A stretch of DNA of 64,000 nt from Octopus sinensis (taxonomy: Eukaryota): the NCBI RefSeq assembly GCF_006345805.1, contig NC_043012.1, forward strand, positions 47,864,001-47,928,000, read 5' to 3'. Shown in pieces: positions 40,831-54,887 of the stretch. A model generated the notes under the pieces. That model searched no databases. It was not told the origin of the DNA and worked only from the letters and a program-made list of their open reading frames with translations. The translations under genes were made by a program, and so were the position numbers. The number at the start of each line of letters is the position of its first letter. The stretch's first letter is position 1.

Positions 40831-42512
40831 ATACGTACATACATACATACATACATACATACATACATAATACATACATACATACATACATACATACATA
40901 CATACATACAAAAATACCTTGTTGTTGATGTTGAAATTTCAATGAAGGAACCTTGGAACTTGGTAAGAAACCGATTCTTTCTCTATTGGCAAGAAATCTT
41001 GAAATAAGTTGAATGATGACATACATACATATCCACACGTTCACACACTTGTATGTAAGCATCTTTGTTTGCGTGTATGTATATATTTGTGTATGTATTT
41101 CTATATATATGTGTGTACATTCAACTTGTATGAACGTCTGTGTATGTTCTGCTCACATCGTTTTTGTGTTTTATTTCATCAAGAATTTCCACTTTCGATT
41201 TTTAATATCATTGATTCCATTACATTTAATTCATCTTGTCTCTTTTTGTCTTTGTTTTTTTTTTTTGTCTTCTCGCATTGCATTCATGTTGTTTGTTCTT
41301 TGTTTCTGTGTGCCTCTACCTGCATATCGTTATTAAAACGGCAAGTTGGCAGAAATGTTAACACGCCTGGCAAAATACATCAGCTGCATTACGTTCCTCT
41401 TTACGCTCTGAGTTGAAATTCCACAGAGTTCGGCTTTGTTTTTCATCGCATGGGAGTCGATGAAATAAGTACCAGTCGTACAGTGTGTCGACGTAATCGA
41501 TGTACCCCTTTCTCCGAAATTGCTGGCTTTGCACCACCATCAAATCTAGCAACTATAAATAACATATGCACCCCCACTATATTCAAGAAGGTGAATACTT
41601 TTAGTTTCTTGACCTCTCACACTCTAACACAGGAGGTAACTGCCTTATAACCATCTCAAAGATCAACCAGACTAGACTTAGTTTCGCCTATACGTCAGTG
41701 GCGACTGAGCGAACGGCTCGTGACCGGCTAATTATGTGTGCCAGCTTATATATATATATATATATATATTTACCATAAACATTTATGGTTGATTTAGTGA
41801 AATGTTAATACGTATACTAGAAATTAATATAAACTGTCAGGCGCAACGTGATACCATAAAGGAAAAAAAATCAATGGTCACTAGCGGTGACTAACGGTAC
41901 AGAGGCACCTACGTTGCTAGAAATAAGAGTTGAAATACTTTTAATATTGTCAGAAGAGCACAAATATATACATGTCCTTACAGGGCAGGTAAACGTCATG
42001 TACATAGTATAGTCTCTGATTATGTAGTCCATTTAGGCATATTGGTTATATCTGCAGTCCATAAATGGTGTGTTGGGTAGATGGGTGTTTTTGAATGATT
42101 GTAATATGTGCTAGGTAGTTGAACATCCCCGTTTAGTTGAGTGGATGTATGAGAAGCTACATCTAATATGGTAAGTCCAATGATACGTGACTATATTTCT
42201 CCTTGGAACTGTTCAAAAAATGGAGCCAAATAGATACAGAAAACAATTCTAATAAATATGCTTAGAGAATTACATTTTGAAAGTGTTTATTACTATCAAG
42301 TAACTTTTTAGACCTAACACTTGCAAATATCACCTCTGTATAAAGTCAAAGAAAGACATCGCATACGCGAACACAGTGTAAATCCCGTACCGGTTATATG
42401 AGTGTGTGAGTGAATGTGTGTTTTGTGTTAGTGAGTGTGTGAGTGTGTGCATGCATGGATGTATATATATATAATATAATATATATATATACATGTGTGC
42501 ATGTGTATGTAT

Positions 42513-42579
<67 letters not shown>

Positions 42580-43567
42580 CACACATACATACATACACAT
42601 GCACACAAAGAGTATATGTATTTATGTATCTAAGTATGTATGTACCTATGTATGTATGTATGTACGTAGGTACGTATGTATGTATGTATGTATGTATGTA
42701 TGTATATATGTATAAGACAGCCACCTGACTAACCACTATCCGGTTTGTAAGTGCAGAAATCCCTCGGGCAGTCCCTTTAAAATTTGACGAAGACGATATT
42801 ATATAGTGTAAGATTTGTAAAGAATTATCAGTCATCATTATGAATAGCCCGAGCATATAATATAGCTAAACTATACAAGCAGTTATCAATATTTATTAAC
42901 AAAGACAATACAATTACTTTAACTTAATTCGTTGACAAATTAATCGAACAAGTTGAATAAGGTAATCCGTTTCAATAACCGGATATGTAACTACAGGCTT
43001 TGCTCAACTGTTCATATTCTAATAAATATAAATAAGGATTCTACTCAGGGATATTTCATAGTTATTAGTATGTTAGTATATTCATTGATAGCTCATAATT
43101 TTTAGTATATTATGTCTCTTTCACGCCCCAAGTCTGCAGGTCTTTTGCTAGGCCTTGTCTTGATCATGCAAGATCGTATCTCTATATAACCGAATCATTC
43201 TCAGAATATCGAAAGATAATGGTTTCCATTTCTAAAATATGAATATCCAAATATAACTGAGTTGTTCGCAACCAAGGTGCTAATCCGCACTTATGAACAG
43301 AGTAATCAACACGTACTAAAGTCATCAATTATAGAATGACGCAAAATAGCACCTGAGTGCTAGGGTGGATGAGAACTGACTCAGCTGGTCTAACATTGAT
43401 ATCACCGTTGATTCAGGACAGCACAAGTTGTTAAATTTCCAATAGAAACATGGTGAATTATGGGGTGTGCATAATTCAAAGTTTTATCATTTGCAGTAAG
43501 GAAATACAGGCACGCATACCTAAGCCCCCCCCCTCACACACGCATGCACGCTCGCACACACACCACA

Positions 43568-43613
<46 letters not shown>

Positions 43614-43823
43614 GCGTGCGCATTCTTCGCACTCACACCAACACTCACATATATGTATAAATATTCTGTGCAGAAACGAAATTGGCATGACATAGAATGA
43701 TTGTTCGGATCATTGTGACTCAATATATACAGAAGAAAATATAGTACATTGACATACCGATTGATCTACACACACTCACGCACGCACGCACACATGCACA
43801 CACACATACACACGCACACAGAT

Positions 43824-43940
<117 letters not shown>

Positions 43941-44271
43941 GGATATATATACTCGTAGTTAGATAGATAGATAGATAGATAGATAGACGTACACAAACAT
44001 ATATATGTATATACATATGTATAAGTGTGAATGTATGTGTGCGTTTGTGTGTGTGTGTGTGTGTGTGTGCGTGTGTGTGTGTGTGTGTGAGACAGAATGA
44101 GAAAGAGTGAGTGAGTGAGAGAGAGAGAGAGATTATACGAATGGGTCAGGTCGAGAAGAAGATTAATATGTAGATAAGTTCAACTAAAGTATCAGAGGTA
44201 TTCAGAATGAGTCTATCTGTGTGTGAGAGAGTGCGTATGAGCATTGTGTGCCTCTGTATGTATGCATCTGT

Positions 44272-44323
<52 letters not shown>

Positions 44324-44843
44324 TTTCTATATATATTACACATATATATACACCACATGTTAGCAATATGTACGAATATATACTTATATATAAGCATATA
44401 CGTGCATACATAGACACATATTCATATGACAGACACATACGTAAGTTCACTGATAATTTGTTCCGTTGATTTATTATTTGACTAATTAATTGTTCGACTT
44501 AAGTGTAGAGAATCGTCTACACATTAAAATTATGGAAGATAATTCAAAGGTAGATTAATAAATAATGGATAGGAATTATCAATAAATAATATTTCACGGT
44601 ATTTATATGTAATACAATAAACAGCAATTCCCCAAAGATTTCCATCCACACCGATGGCTAAGCAAGTATTCTATGCATGGCGCAACAGGAACATTAGCTA
44701 TTCCTATAGTCAAATGATGTTGAGTTATGTTGATGAGCATTACGATATTGACGCAAAGACAATTACAACTATACAGAAATATGTATATATGGATATTGAA
44801 TTTTCTTCAGCCATATATGAACATACACACACTCACACACACA

Positions 44844-44881
<38 letters not shown>

Positions 44882-46967
44882 AAGCTTTCAAAGATACGGT
44901 ATAGTACCCGTTAAAACTGAGCAGGTTTATCTTGCTCTCTTGGAACGATTGTTATTGATTTTGTTTCAAAGCATTGTAGCATTTTCGTCTTGCGTCTGTT
45001 CGACTTCTGTCAGCTACTCTTATATTATTTACCTCATCTGACGCTCTTTTATAATCTACACTAGCTCTCATATTTATTATTCATTCTGGTTCTTTCTATC
45101 TCTCTCTCTCTCGCTCTCCCTCTCCCTCTCTGTTTATTATGCATACACACACGCACAAATATATATAGATATGTGTGTTTATGTAATAATGCAGATATAC
45201 TTTAAGTTGTGCAATAGAATCCGATACAAATTTAAATATGTTGTCCAGGGTGAATAGATATATTTTCTACATCATAGATTGGTGCTCTATTCTAATGTTT
45301 CATCCTTGGCTCTTTACAACAGTCGTGAACAATTCAGACTGGAATTCAACGGGGAGTGTTATCTTTCGATATTATATACTTGCTATGCTGCACTGGGCAC
45401 GCATGTATAGATTTGATCTGCTTCCAGCTGATCTGAAAATGGCAAATGAATAGGCAGCCATAAAAATTTGCAACACAATGAAACTATGGATGTAGTTTGT
45501 GAAATTTGAGTCTCTGAGTATTGGCAGAGTGAAATTTTGCTTTTCACTGGGTAACTAAGCATCCCAGTACTGCAGCAAAAAATTTATATTGACTATATTT
45601 CGTATCTTTGAAACAGAGCAATGCATGGAAATAAATATTTAAATGATAATAAATAAATAACATACGAGGAATGATGTAATTGATGTTAATGTAACTCAGA
45701 AGAGACAATAAAGAAATAAAACATTGCATATTAGTATAGTCTGTCGCTGAGCAGAGTGGCATAGCGAAAGTCGATCGAAAACTAGTTTCTGCGAAAAAAA
45801 TGAACAAGAGTTTTCATGTTCATAAAAATCGCAGATGAATCGTCTACAAATATTTCAACTCTAACCATGTATATATACATACAGGGGTAGGAATAAATTA
45901 TATTCTGCAATAGACATGTATATAGGGCCGAAGGATTGCCAACTGACTGTGATATATTAAAATTTGAATAATTTAGTAGGCGGTGACAACAACAACAACG
46001 GGACTTTTCGGTTAGTACATAAATTACATATATATATACACAAATGAATACACGATAACAATTAGTTATCTATGACTTCAACCACACAGCACCTGAAAGA
46101 GACTCGTAACCATGCAGTGGACCAGATAACCATAGCTATTGCCTCCTATACTACATTTTCTCTGCGCCTAAACTGATAACGTTCTGCCTTTCAAATCTGT
46201 GATACTTGCCACACTTGCAACAAGAGGCTCGCAGTCTGTGGTTCCAAGAAGTTTCAGTCATTAGTTAGGAATCCTAGCTGACTCTGGCTGACGCTGTAGT
46301 ACTTAATGAAATGACGCAGTTATGTGCAGGGGAAAATATCCGCAACTGCTTCCGTCTATAACAAACCTTAAGCACGCCTGAAACAACAGAATTGTCTGCA
46401 TGTTCTTGTTTCAGATACATAAAATGCCTCGGCCACCACAGCTGGAAATTTAACTCTTAGTTGAAGGTCTGTGCCACATTTTCTTACTCGTTAAACTCAG
46501 ATGCCGAAATTGTTTTTTCTAATTGAAAGCGAACTTCACGCACTCAGGACTCATGCTTTGTCAAACAACACGCATATTAACAATGATAAATTTAAAACAA
46601 ATGAGATCTTATGATAATACAGTAGATTGCCAAGGCAGCTGAAGGAACTTCACATTCCTTATAGTACCATCGATCTTGGTGAATTTTTACATTCTAACGC
46701 ATCATACTAGAAGTTTGCCCTGCAGACAATGGTTTCAACAGCATGATACAGGTCGCCTCTATTAGTCTTCTGTGTTCCACTTCAAAGCTGTGGAGATGAA
46801 AAATATTCATATTCTTCTCTATGTCTCATTTGAACACTAATCATACAACCATACGCGAACATAGTTAATGTGCATATACTTCCATTATTGGTTCTCTATT
46901 GTTTTCCCTGACTTCACCTTCTCATTGAAAGGTCTTGTTTTCCAACCTGCAGGATATTGAAACTTAC

Positions 46968-47316
46968 CATTCTCATCCAAGCAAGCATGGTGCTTTTGCC
47001 AGTTTATCTCCGACGATCCAACCACGCAATTGGTTGTACCGAGTTCCATGTTATTTATAGCACTTTCAAGTGACTTGAAATTTTGCACTATTACACATAT
47101 ATACTCCAGGTCACGCACTGATCGTAACTCTGGTATTATGATGCTTACCAGTCCCTGAATACTAATTGCGTTTATGATGAAACATCTCTGAAATTTGTCC
47201 GTCTTAAATTGTATGTTCTTTTCCTCTGCCGTGTCGTCTAAAATTGGTTGCCTGAATGATTGTCTGATAGTACCACTGCAAACAGCAATCAGACGAAATT
47301 CCCTCACGTTTGTGTT
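46968..47316 (-). CDS. Candidate 349-bp coding exon of an ionotropic glutamate receptor-like amino-terminal (LIVBP/ANF-receptor) domain
   Basis: Non-repetitive 140-aa ORF; consensus donor AATG|gtaagt; DKFQRCFIINAISIQGLVSIIIP has the same D/F/G/I/P spacing as kainate-type [23 protein letters not shown]. Confidence 0.6.
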
Positions 47317-47451
47317 CTTTCATTTGAAGATAGAAAGATACAGACAAACAAAGAGACAGACATAAATAAATAAATATACATACATACATACATACATACA
47401 TACATACATGAATACATATATGTATTCACAGACACGTACATATATTATATA

Positions 47452-47486
<35 letters not shown>

Positions 47487-47487
47487 A

Positions 47488-47522
<35 letters not shown>

Positions 47523-48436
47523 TGTATTGGCTATGAAAGTTAACATAGCCAATACAATATATATATATATATATATATGTGTGGTGTGTGTGTATATATA
47601 TATATGTGTACGTGTCTGTGAATACATATATGTATTCATGTATGTATGTATGTATGTATGTATGTAAGTATGAATGTATGTATGTATATATGGGGATGTA
47701 CCCTACCCAATTATTAATCGTAAAATAGCAGTTTGAACATATAGTCCTAATTGTGTTGAAGTTATGTGATGTAATTAAGACGCGAGTTAAAGCAGTCCTG
47801 TCATGCAGTCACCAAGAATTAACCACTATCGGTTTCTCCATGAAAATTCATTCAATGAGTCCACAGATACAGGGACCAGAGATATAGGCTACTAACTTTA
47901 AGTATAGGCTATAAGAAAAGGGCATTCTACATCATATAATTCGACGTTTTTGCGAAATTCCCACAAGGTACGATGCACTGGAAAATTTGCTTGAATAGCT
48001 CAGCAAATGTTATTTTACATGGTTTCTGAGAAAATTGTAGGAATTCCATCGAGGCCAGTTGCTGGGTTTAAAATCAATTCATCCGTGAATAATATGATAT
48101 GGCTCTCCTTTATGTCTATATAACTGATGGTTGTCGTTTCCATATGTGAAGGTAGGAATAAATAAAAATATCATCTGGTTTGTTTATTTACATTTGTCTC
48201 TCTCTCTCTCACTTTTTCTCTCTAACTATCTATCTAGCTATCACTTTCTTTCTTTCTTTCTTTCTCTTTCTATCTTTCTTACACTCTCTCTCTCACAAAC
48301 ACGTGGACACGCACACACAATCAGATGCGTAAAATGGATATTGTTATGTATGTATATTTATATATATTACGATATATATATATAAATATAATGTGAAATA
48401 TAAATATATATAGTGTGCTTGCATAAGTATATATAA

Positions 48437-48554
<118 letters not shown>

Positions 48555-48768
48555 TGCACATATTTGTATATATACTTTTATATATATTATATTTTACGTA
48601 AAAATACATGTATATCTTCATATATAAGTATGTGTATGTATGCATATATATATAAATCTATATATATCTACATATATATACATGGATACATATATTTACA
48701 TATGGATACATATATATATATATATATATACATATACTTTATTAAAAAGCAGAAAAAATATCACAAAA

Positions 48769-48849
48769 TCTGTTACTCAGAGTTTCACGTTCCCGTTCGT
48801 CGGACACATTCTAAACATAACTGTCCGACGACGGGAACGTGAAACTCTG
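48769..48849 (-). ncRNA. Hammerhead-like motif (CCGACGA core) within a 29-bp fold-back
   Basis: Minus strand UGU-CCGACGA-ACG GGAA CGU-GAAA-CUCUGAG-UA/ACA; same family as 52726-52763. Confidence 0.55.
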
Positions 48850-48968
48850 GTTGACGTTTTTTCTGATATTTTTGCTCCCCTTTAATAAAACATTACTCTA
48901 TTTCTGGTATTAGATTACTATTTCTTCCACCTTGTTTCGCATTTATGTGCTTACTCATACATCCATAC

Positions 48969-49005
<37 letters not shown>

Positions 49006-49009
<4 letters not shown>

Positions 49010-49779
49010 CACACACACAGTATTACATACACTTACATGTGCGCACGCGTGCGATTGTGCAATCATTTCTACGGATGAGCTCTTTCTGTTTCAACAGGTC
49101 ACTCTACCCTGTCTTCTCTTGAGTATGAATACGAAAAAAATTGTCTTACCTGCTTCACCAGCCATAACACTATACTATCCTCTTACGCGCAAACACATGC
49201 AAGCACATTCACACACACACACACACCACACACACACAAACACACACACACACACACCAACGAACTAAACATATGCTTAATATTCACATCAACATCCATC
49301 ATATGTGTCACAGTCTATATAATATAAAATGAAGGTAAATGATTCAAAACATAAGCAAAACCGAACTTTATGAAAACAAACAACGATGAAACATTGAAAT
49401 ATATGAATATATTCTATATTGTTTTTCGCAGTTGTTTTCCATAAGTTACTCACTGAGCAGGTTGTTCTCGGTTTCAAACCAGATCGTTTGTTCTGATCAA
49501 AAGGTAGTTGTTATTATTTAATGCAATATAGGCAACCATATACACCAAATGTGCTCACCAGATCAATATATTTATATGCATTAAATATATGCAACACAAT
49601 AGGTGTATAAACGCCTGCATGCACTTGTAAGCACGCAATGTTACATTCATGTAGCTAAATGTATCTCGTGTTGCGTCCGGCTTTTTGTACTTCGTAATTG
49701 TGTGCTTTTCTTATCCTCTGCATGTATGCATATATATATACGTATATGTATGTTATATATATTATACATATATATGTAA

Positions 49780-49812
<33 letters not shown>

Positions 49813-50023
49813 TAATATATATATTTGCACACACACAGTATTACATACACTTACATGTGCGCACGCGTGCGATTGTGCAATCATTTCTACGGATGAGCTC
49901 TTTCTGTTTCAACAGGTCACTCTACCCTGTCTTCTCTTGAGTATGAATACGAAAAAAATTGTCTTACCTGCTTCACCAGCCATAACACTATACTATCCTC
50001 TTACGCGCAAACACATGCAAGCA

Positions 50024-50071
<48 letters not shown>

Positions 50072-50591
50072 AACGAACCTAAACATATGCTTATATTCAC
50101 ACATCCATCATATGTGTCACAGTCTATATAATATAAAATGAAGGTAAATGATTCAAAACATAAGCAAAACCGAACTTTATGAAAACAAACAACGATGAAA
50201 CATTGAAATATATGTGAATATATTCTATATTGTTTTTCGCAGTTGTTTTCCATAAGTTACTCACTTGAGCAGGTTGTTCTCGGTTTCAAACCAGATCGTT
50301 TGTTCTGATCAAAAGGTAGTTGTTATTATTTAATGCAATATAGGCAACCATATACACCAAATGTGCTCACCAGATCAATATATTTATATGCATTAAATAT
50401 ATGCAACACAATAGGTGTATAAACGCCTGCATGCACTTGTAAGCACGCAATGTTACATTCATGTAGCTAAATGTATCTTCGTGTTGCGTCCGGCTTTTTG
50501 TACTTCGTAATTGTGTGCGTTTCTATCCTCTGCATGTATGCATAATATATACGTATATGTATGTTATATATATATATACATATATATGTAA

Positions 50592-50600
<9 letters not shown>
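49006..50600. repeat. Tandem duplication with period of about 818 bp
   Basis: Units start at 49006 and 49824; differences are mostly 1-3 bp indels. Confidence 0.9.
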
Positions 50601-50685
<85 letters not shown>

Positions 50686-52164
50686 GATGTGGGGAGTGAG
50701 TGAGATTGACTGTAATAGAGATATTCAATTGCACAAAAGAATAAGTATGTATGCTGGGTTTGAATTGTTTTATATATGTACATATATACGTGCGCAAATG
50801 CGCACGTAAAGGAGTATATGCATGTATACATGCACACACCCACATGTCCACCCACACATATCATATTAACAGGAAAGGAAATTATTTTCTGATAATATGT
50901 CTTCAACATGAAACATGAAATATGTATTGTGTTAAAGTGGATATCGTTGAGAATATGCAAAAAAAAAAACATCAAAGAAAAACAAATGTTAATCAAAACT
51001 TTTTTGCCTTCTCTGTGAAGGGAAAAAAACTGTTAATTAAGCTTTAGTCCATATTCCAACTGAATCACCCTTTTAAACAGGTAATAAAGACAATACCAAC
51101 GATTTCTTGAATGAGGATCCAGTGCATTCCTCGGTTTTCTGGTGCATGCTTTGTCTTGCTAGAGTTTATTTAAATAGTATCAACCGGATTAAAGCCAAGT
51201 ATTTTCCATTTAAATTCCAAAGCATGGTAGAATTTTCACACAGAAATTCAACACCAGTTGAACTGAAGAAATAATATAGATTTTGTGATTGCTGAAAGAA
51301 TTCGTAGGCTCTTTCACATTGAAGAAATCTGCAATTGAGAATGGGGAGGCATTACTCATTTACTATTCCAGTTCCAAACGGTTGACGGTGGCAATAATGT
51401 GGCACCGACGTCATAAGTAAGTATACTATATGAGGCTTCTTATTATCCGAGAAATTGTTAAGAGTGGATGCACGGTTCCAGAGAAAAATAGAAACTATAT
51501 TATGTGATTGCATTGTATTCTTTTTAATAAATGTATATTTCATGAAATGGGGCGAGGACACAGAATCTGCTCAGATATTCGGGATATATAATCTTGTAGT
51601 CTAATGTGATCCTAAGAATGTAGGTTCTAAGGAATAGGCCATTAGGTGGCAATTGAGCGTGACAGATTTCACATCACATTTCAGTTAGCTACAAATTAAT
51701 ATCTATTCTGACTAATCTTTTCCGAGCGTATGCTTCGCATTACACTCTGCTCGAACATACACGCACACGCACACAAACACAAACATAAACACAAACATAC
51801 ACACACACACACACACATACACACACACACACACACATACACACAAGCACAAACACAAAAACAAACGCATATGGGCACTGTTAAACGGACACAGATGCGA
51901 GCAAATACAAACACGCGTACATAGATGCAATTATATAAGTAAGCGTGCAATCCCTAGAAGTCACATTCCCAGGTAATATTAGACTATAAGAATATATTTT
52001 CCGATCATCTGATCAGAAGATCACTATGAAATATACAACTATAGAAAAGGTTACAAAACAATTAAATGCGTAAAGTAATAAACACGCATGCACACACACA
52101 TATATACACACGCAGGTATATCATGTAAAGATGTATATATATATATATATATAATATATATAAT

Positions 52165-52208
<44 letters not shown>

Positions 52209-52224
52209 CATACTTTTATACTCT

Positions 52225-52617
52225 TATACTTGTTTCAGTCATTTGACTGCGGCCATGCTGGAGCACCGCCTTTAGACGAGCAAATCGACCCCGGGAGTTA
52301 GTCTTTGTAAGCCCAGTACTTATTCTATCGGTCTCTTTTGCCGAACCGCTAAGTGACGGGGATGTAAACACACCAGCATCGGTTGTCAAGCAATGCTAGG
52401 GGGACAAACACAGACACACAAACATGTACACATACACACATATATATATGTATACATATATACGACGGGCTTCTTTCAGTTTCCGTCTACCAAATCCACT
52501 CACAAGGCATTGGTCGGCCCGGGGCTATAGCAGAAGACACTTGCCCAAGATGCCACGCAGTGGGACTGAACCCGGAACCATGTGGTTGCTAAGCAAGAAC
52601 TTATTACACAGCCACTC

Positions 52618-52620
<3 letters not shown>
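52225..52620 (-). mobile_element. Bipartite SINE: tRNA head with CORE-like TTGGGCAAG segment, internal (TA)/(TG) microsatellite, Meta-like core and tail
   Basis: Head GAGTGGCTGTG..GGTTCAGTCC; second half GCAAAAGAGACCGATAGAATAAGTAC; the second half also at about 16850-17100 (+). Confidence 0.75.
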
Positions 52621-52703
<83 letters not shown>

Positions 52704-52725
52704 ATATATATATATATAGCAAAAA

Positions 52726-52796
52726 CTGTCTGATGAACGGCAACGAGAAACTCAGAGTAAACGATTTTGTTGAATTTTCTGCTGCTTAAATAAAAG

Positions 52797-52800
<4 letters not shown>
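52726..52800 (+). ncRNA. Hammerhead-like motif (canonical CUGAUGA core, decayed stems) in a PLE-type end
   Basis: CUGU-CUGAUGA-ACG GCAA CGA-GAAA-CUCAGAG-UA; tail runs into (TA)n. Confidence 0.55.
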
Positions 52801-52860
<60 letters not shown>

Positions 52861-52914
52861 AAAATGTGGTACCACAACATTGTCGCAGTCTAGTGTCTGA
52901 AACAAGTTATTCTT

Positions 52915-53130
52915 TTACTCTTTAACATGTTTCAGTCATTGATTGCGGCCATGCTTCAGCACCGCCTTGAAATGCTTTAGTCGAACAAATCAAACTCAGG
53001 ACTTATACTTTCTATGTCTTAGTACTTATTCTTTAGCCAAACTGTGGCTACCTTACGAGGACAAAGACACACCAACATCGGTTTTCAAGCGATGGTGGGC
53101 AGACAAACACAGACACACACACACAACATA

Positions 53131-53195
<65 letters not shown>

Positions 53196-53256
53196 CTATC
53201 TGTATATATATGTATATATATGTGCATATACACACACAGTTATATATACATGTATT

Positions 53257-53312
<56 letters not shown>

Positions 53313-53614
53313 ACATCAAAATCAAGGAACGGCCATAATAGGCCATTCACCCACTAGAAATAACAGCCAAAGCTTCAACCGCAAAACAACATTAACTACA
53401 GGGTAAATGTTTTTTTAATTTTCTCCTGGTTGCGGAATTAATGTTGTTTTGCGGTTGAAGCTTTGGCTGTTATTTCTAGTGGGTGAATGGCCTATTATGG
53501 CCGTTCCTTGATTTTGATGTTGAATTTATAATGGTCTATGACTATTTAATTTTTTCCCACTAGGCCGCTGGTGGCAAAAAAAATTCTACGAAATTGTTTG
53601 CCACCCTATATTGA

Positions 53615-53665
<51 letters not shown>

Positions 53666-53800
53666 TATATATATATAAATGACGGGTTTTTTCAGTTTCC
53701 GATTACCAAATCTACTCATAAGGGTTTGGTCGGTCCGAGGCTTTAGTAGAAGACAGCTGCCCAAGGAGCCACGTAGTAGAACCGAACCCGGGTCTATGTG
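52915..53800 (-). mobile_element. Second bipartite SINE split by an insertion into its internal microsatellite
   Basis: Tail half at 52915-53110 and head half at 53680-53800 flank (TA)n-[53311-53620]-(TA)n. Confidence 0.7.
53311..53620. mobile_element. Non-autonomous fold-back element (85-bp perfect inverted arms plus 3' hairpin); homologue at 59452-59670
   Basis: Arms 53311-53395 and 53438-53522; hairpin GGTGGCAAA/TTTGCCACC; (TA)n on both sides. Confidence 0.75.
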
Positions 53801-54203
53801 GTTTCCCCTAGCCTTCTTTTGTTGGAGGTTTGTACTGATAAACCTTTAGCCCACTATATCCATTAATCTAGCTAGTATTGCCGAATACTAACGTTTGTTA
53901 CAGATTTCCATCTCAACGTTCACTCGAGTTAGTCTATTTTGACGGTGTGAAAGACAAGTGTGTGATAGAAACTACATAATACAGAACAAGTAGTGTAAAG
54001 ACGCTGCTTTTACAGTGTTTAGAAGTCCCTGCTGCAGCGCAAAGTACGGTAGCATAAACAATCCATCACTAGTTGTCAAGTGGAAGCCGGGTACAAACAC
54101 AAAAACACGCACCATAGACGTTTCCATTCTTCCCGAGCGTTAAACTAATAAACCTGTTTTTTGTTCCTTCACCTGTCTTTGTCTTCCTTTTTCTGTGTAT
54201 ACA

Positions 54204-54246
<43 letters not shown>

Positions 54247-54887
54247 GAATGTTTTTATATATAATGAACGTGAAATACAGGAAGGGACGAACACGGAACA
54301 CAGACAAATCATTCGAAGCCTTCAATCTTCAGTCAGACACCGAATCATCATAGCAAATTTCGGCTTTTCAATTCTGATATTTGCTCCAACTCGGCCAGCC
54401 CCAAGAAAAAAAAAAAAAAAAAAAAAAAAAAACTAAGCTGTAAGCATTAGATTCTTGGTAGAAGACAGGAATGTGAATGCACAGACGGATGTGAATACAA
54501 GAGACGAAAACAAATTGAAAACAGTAATGAATAACAAAATATATATAACGGTGGTTGTCATACGACTTTAGACCAAATGAGACAAAACAACAACAACATA
54601 GCAGCTGGCGTAGAAATAATTACCGTTTCGGTAGCGGGGACACATGTTGGTCGAGATACGAAGGCCAACAGAATGGTTGAAGAAGCAGCAGGTCGCAGGA
54701 GAGAGAGAAAGAGAGACAGAGAGAGAGGGAATTAAAGAGGTGGAAGGCAGGGGACAGAATCAGTGACCAAGAGAAAAGGAGAAAGAAGGGATTAAGGAGG
54801 ATGGGAGGAAGAGGGGAGGAGGATGGGAGGAAGAGAGGGGAAGAATCGGAGGGCGCCAAAAAGTTTGGTGAAGAAATATATATATAT

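Noticed and set aside
45230-45430. Good minus-strand acceptor (ttcatttgccattttcag) inside the putative 22-kb intron
   Set aside because: All three frames stop within about 30 codons and there is no strong donor
46700-46790. Alternative acceptor (catctccacag) giving ..DENALKWNTED*
   Set aside because: Possible terminal exon but with no supporting homology; the 24.9 kb exon fits better
54300-54660. Hammerhead-like remnants at about 54330 (-), 54630 (-), 55300 (-) and 14650 (+)
   Set aside because: Each lacks at least half of the catalytic core; at most PLE-end debris
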